Origin: a virus
Taxonomy: Duplodnaviria; Caudoviricetes
IMG/VR virus record: IMGVR_UViG_3300027697_000035
Coordinates: 1-43,801 of that record
Length of the DNA stretch: 43,801 nt
Direction: 5' to 3' (one strand)
The position numbers and the translations under genes were made by a program. Positions 42,781-43,801 of the stretch are shown one piece after another. Within the stretch, counting starts at the first letter, position 1, and each line of letters begins with the position of its first letter. The notes below the pieces were generated by a model. The model was not told the origin of the DNA. It saw only the letters and a program-made list of their open reading frames with translations, and searched no databases.

Positions 42781-43349
42781 TCCTCTACCCCCTCATCGGA
42801 TACCTCTTCATACTCCGCATCCTCAATCACCTCCTCCTTAACTTCTTCTGGCTTGCTCATCTCTAACAAACGTCCAATTCGCTCCTTAATCGAACTTTCA
42901 AGCGCCGCCGAAGTGGTATGCGTAACTTTGATTTCACTTTTCTCCACAAAAAGACCAATATCCGAAATCTTCCCAAGCAATTCCAATGCCCGTAACTCTT
43001 CCTTAGACACGCCGCAGTTGGAAATCTGGATAAGTTTGTTAGTGATGTAACGCCGCAGTTGGTCAGTATCCTTAATAACCTGCGCGTCTAGCTCCTCTAA
43101 CACCTGCTTAATGTTCACTATCGCTAAAGAAGCACCCGTCTTCTCACTTGAAGACGCTTTCCGCATGTTCGCTTTCTGGTCTTTAAGCGCCGCTAGCTCC
43201 TTCATCACCTTTAACTCTTGCTGCTTTTTTGGCAGGAGGTCTTCCACGGTAACTTTTTCCTGTTTTGTCGGCACTTTTGCGGATGCTTTTTTTGCGTGTG
43301 GTTTTTCGCTTGCGCTTGGGGAGAGATTTGGGTTTGTAAAGGTCTGCAT
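42777..43349 (-). CDS. hypothetical protein, candidate terminase small subunit
   Basis: Overlaps the terL start; helical core LRRYITNKL...LRALELLGKISDIGLF and an acidic tail. Function is inferred from position only and the start codon is uncertain. Confidence 0.5.
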   Translation of the reverse strand: MQTFTNPNLSPSASEKPHAKKASAKVPTKQEKVTVEDLLPKKQQELKVMKELAALKDQKANMRKASSSEKTGASLAIVNIKQVLEELDAQVIKDTDQLRRYITNKLIQISNCGVSKEELRALELLGKISDIGLFVEKSEIKVTHTTSAALESSIKERIGRLLEMSKPEEVKEEVIEDAEYEEVSDEGVEE

Positions 43350-43758
43350 TGGCTAGTATTTCCAGTTTTATAAGAGACTCATATAAGTTTGTTTTGATAA
43401 ACGCAATAAGCATCTGTGGGTCTGGAGGAGGTAGCGCGTAATAACTTCTTTGCTTCGCTTCCGCCTTTTTCCTATCCGCGTTCTCCAAAATCTTCACCAC
43501 CGTGTCAAACGCCATAATGAGCACCCCAGTGGTGGCCCTGAGCGCATACCTATCCGCCCAAGTCTTCGGCTTACTTACGCCTTTCTTCCCTACATCTTCC
43601 GGTTTCATGTGAGGCTTACCGTTTTTAAGGTAGCTCTTACGGTCGTATATTTTTTGGCGTTCCTTATTTACCAACTTGTTTCGGTATCTAGCGGCTGAAG
43701 CTCTACGCCGTTCTCTTGCCGCAGCATTCTGCTCTTCTGTGTTACGTGGTCTAGCCAT
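43183..43758 (-). CDS. basic hypothetical protein
   Basis: 191-aa R/K-rich ORF; overlaps the next ORF by 167 bp as called. Confidence 0.5.
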   Translation of the reverse strand: MARPRNTEEQNAAARERRRASAARYRNKLVNKERQKIYDRKSYLKNGKPHMKPEDVGKKGVSKPKTWADRYALRATTGVLIMAFDTVVKILENADRKKAEAKQRSYYALPPPDPQMLIAFIKTNLYESLIKLEILANADLYKPKSLPKRKRKTTRKKSIRKSADKTGKSYRGRPPAKKAARVKGDEGASGA

Positions 43759-43801
43759 CGTCGTCTTTTACCGCACTTCCCACCCTTTTTCCATCCCTCC
43801 C

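Noticed and set aside
1-43801. tRNA genes, integrase/att sites, alternative genetic code
   Set aside because: Intergenic gaps are too short or lack cloverleaf signatures; no recombinase motifs seen; standard-code ORFs tile the window densely, and TAA, TAG and TGA are all used as stops.

Overview
This 43.8-kb window is most of a tailed dsDNA phage genome with podovirus-like organisation. The left arm (1-8187, + strand) is a replication module: the C-terminal part of a family A DNA polymerase (truncated by the window edge), a Cas4/RecB-like PD-(D/E)xK nuclease, an HNH protein, an SNF2 helicase, a probable SSB, an HTH protein and a primase-helicase. It converges at a terminator (~8248-8274) on a ~35-kb minus-strand morphogenesis region. 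In transcription order that region encodes terminase, portal, GroES-like co-chaperonin, scaffold, major capsid protein, capsid-associated proteins, a cluster of small Lys-rich proteins, two adaptor-like proteins, tail fibres, a lysis cassette, a tail stabilisation/nozzle protein and several internal/ejection proteins, ending in a 2294-aa protein. I saw no integrase, tRNA, CRISPR array or reverse transcriptase. The most notable unexplained signals are: (i) a [MFY]xxGG peptide tag repeated across the small basic and internal virion proteins, together with one 'GPGDGxSDSI...GEFV' domain, suggesting a tag/reader maturation or core-loading system; (ii) a chained double-pseudoknot RNA between the capsid terminator and the next RBS; (iii) a DDxxD isoprenoid-synthase-like ORF among the ejection genes; (iv) an HExxH metallopeptidase module in an AT-rich part of the giant protein; (v) a palindrome that occludes the RBS of a holin-like gene. 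All product calls come from motif recognition and gene order; no database searches were run.
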